Source of the DNA: Malacoraja senta
Lineage: Eukaryota
Length of the DNA stretch: 64,000 bases
Assembly (NCBI GenBank): GCA_038087875.1
Contig: CM075977.1
Span: 274,908,001-274,972,000, forward strand
Direction of reading: 5' to 3'
A program made the position numbers and the translations under genes. The number at the start of each line of letters is the position of its first letter. Within the stretch, counting starts at the first letter, position 1. The notes beneath the pieces are model-generated. The model was not told the DNA's origin and made no database searches. It saw only the letters and a list, made by a program, of their open reading frames with translations. Below, in pieces: positions 63,733 to 64,000 of this stretch.

Positions 63733-64000
63733 TAGGGTTGCCAACTTTCTCTCTCCCAAGAAAGGGACAAAAGGTCAAAATATGGGACAAATTCCTGACG
63801 GCATTTCGTTGACCGACTCGGCCGTGGCTGGCTGAATGATGAGTTGGCCCGGGTGCTGGACTACACACCAAACCCCAGCCGGCGGGCCAGCTGAGGAGTT
63901 TTGGTCCGGCACCCCAACCAACTCATGAACCGATGATCGGCCATGAGAAGGAGGGATGGTGGTGTTGGCGGTAAGCAAAGGCCCGAAGGTTGGACAGCTG
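63733..64000. mobile_element. Left end of a hAT-type transposon running out of the window
   Basis: Begins TAGGGTTGCCAAC, followed by GGGACA subterminal motifs. Confidence 0.6.

Overview
Repeat-rich vertebrate genomic DNA, almost certainly from a cartilaginous fish (skate/ray-like, judged from HE1/V-SINE-type SINEs and CR1/HER1-type LINE tails). The only host gene found is annexin A10 (ANXA10) on the minus strand. Seven consecutive coding exons (equivalent to human exons 4-10; 114, 91, 80, 60, 94, 96 and 59 bp) lie between 28257 and 6885, have GT-AG boundaries and splice into a 198-aa open frame. A weak first-exon candidate sits at 51030-50992. I could not find exons 2-3 (a 200-N gap lies at 40713-40912) or exons 11-12 (probably left of the window). 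The rest is transposon-derived: CR1, L1, Tx1, L2, RTE and Rex1 LINE pieces, about 13 tRNA-derived SINEs, a Gypsy LTR element nested in a hAT-Charlie element, PIF/Harbinger-type MITEs (one a 1.7-kb fold-back), a hAT-like element with a 7-bp TSD, and Penelope-like elements (PLEs). The most interesting signal is an abundant family of short PLE-derived insertions. Many are head-to-head palindromes flanked by 10-15-bp target-site duplications, and the family carries a minimal hammerhead-ribozyme core (CTGAAGA-A-stem II-GAAACGTC). All family assignments come from recalled motifs; no database search was run.
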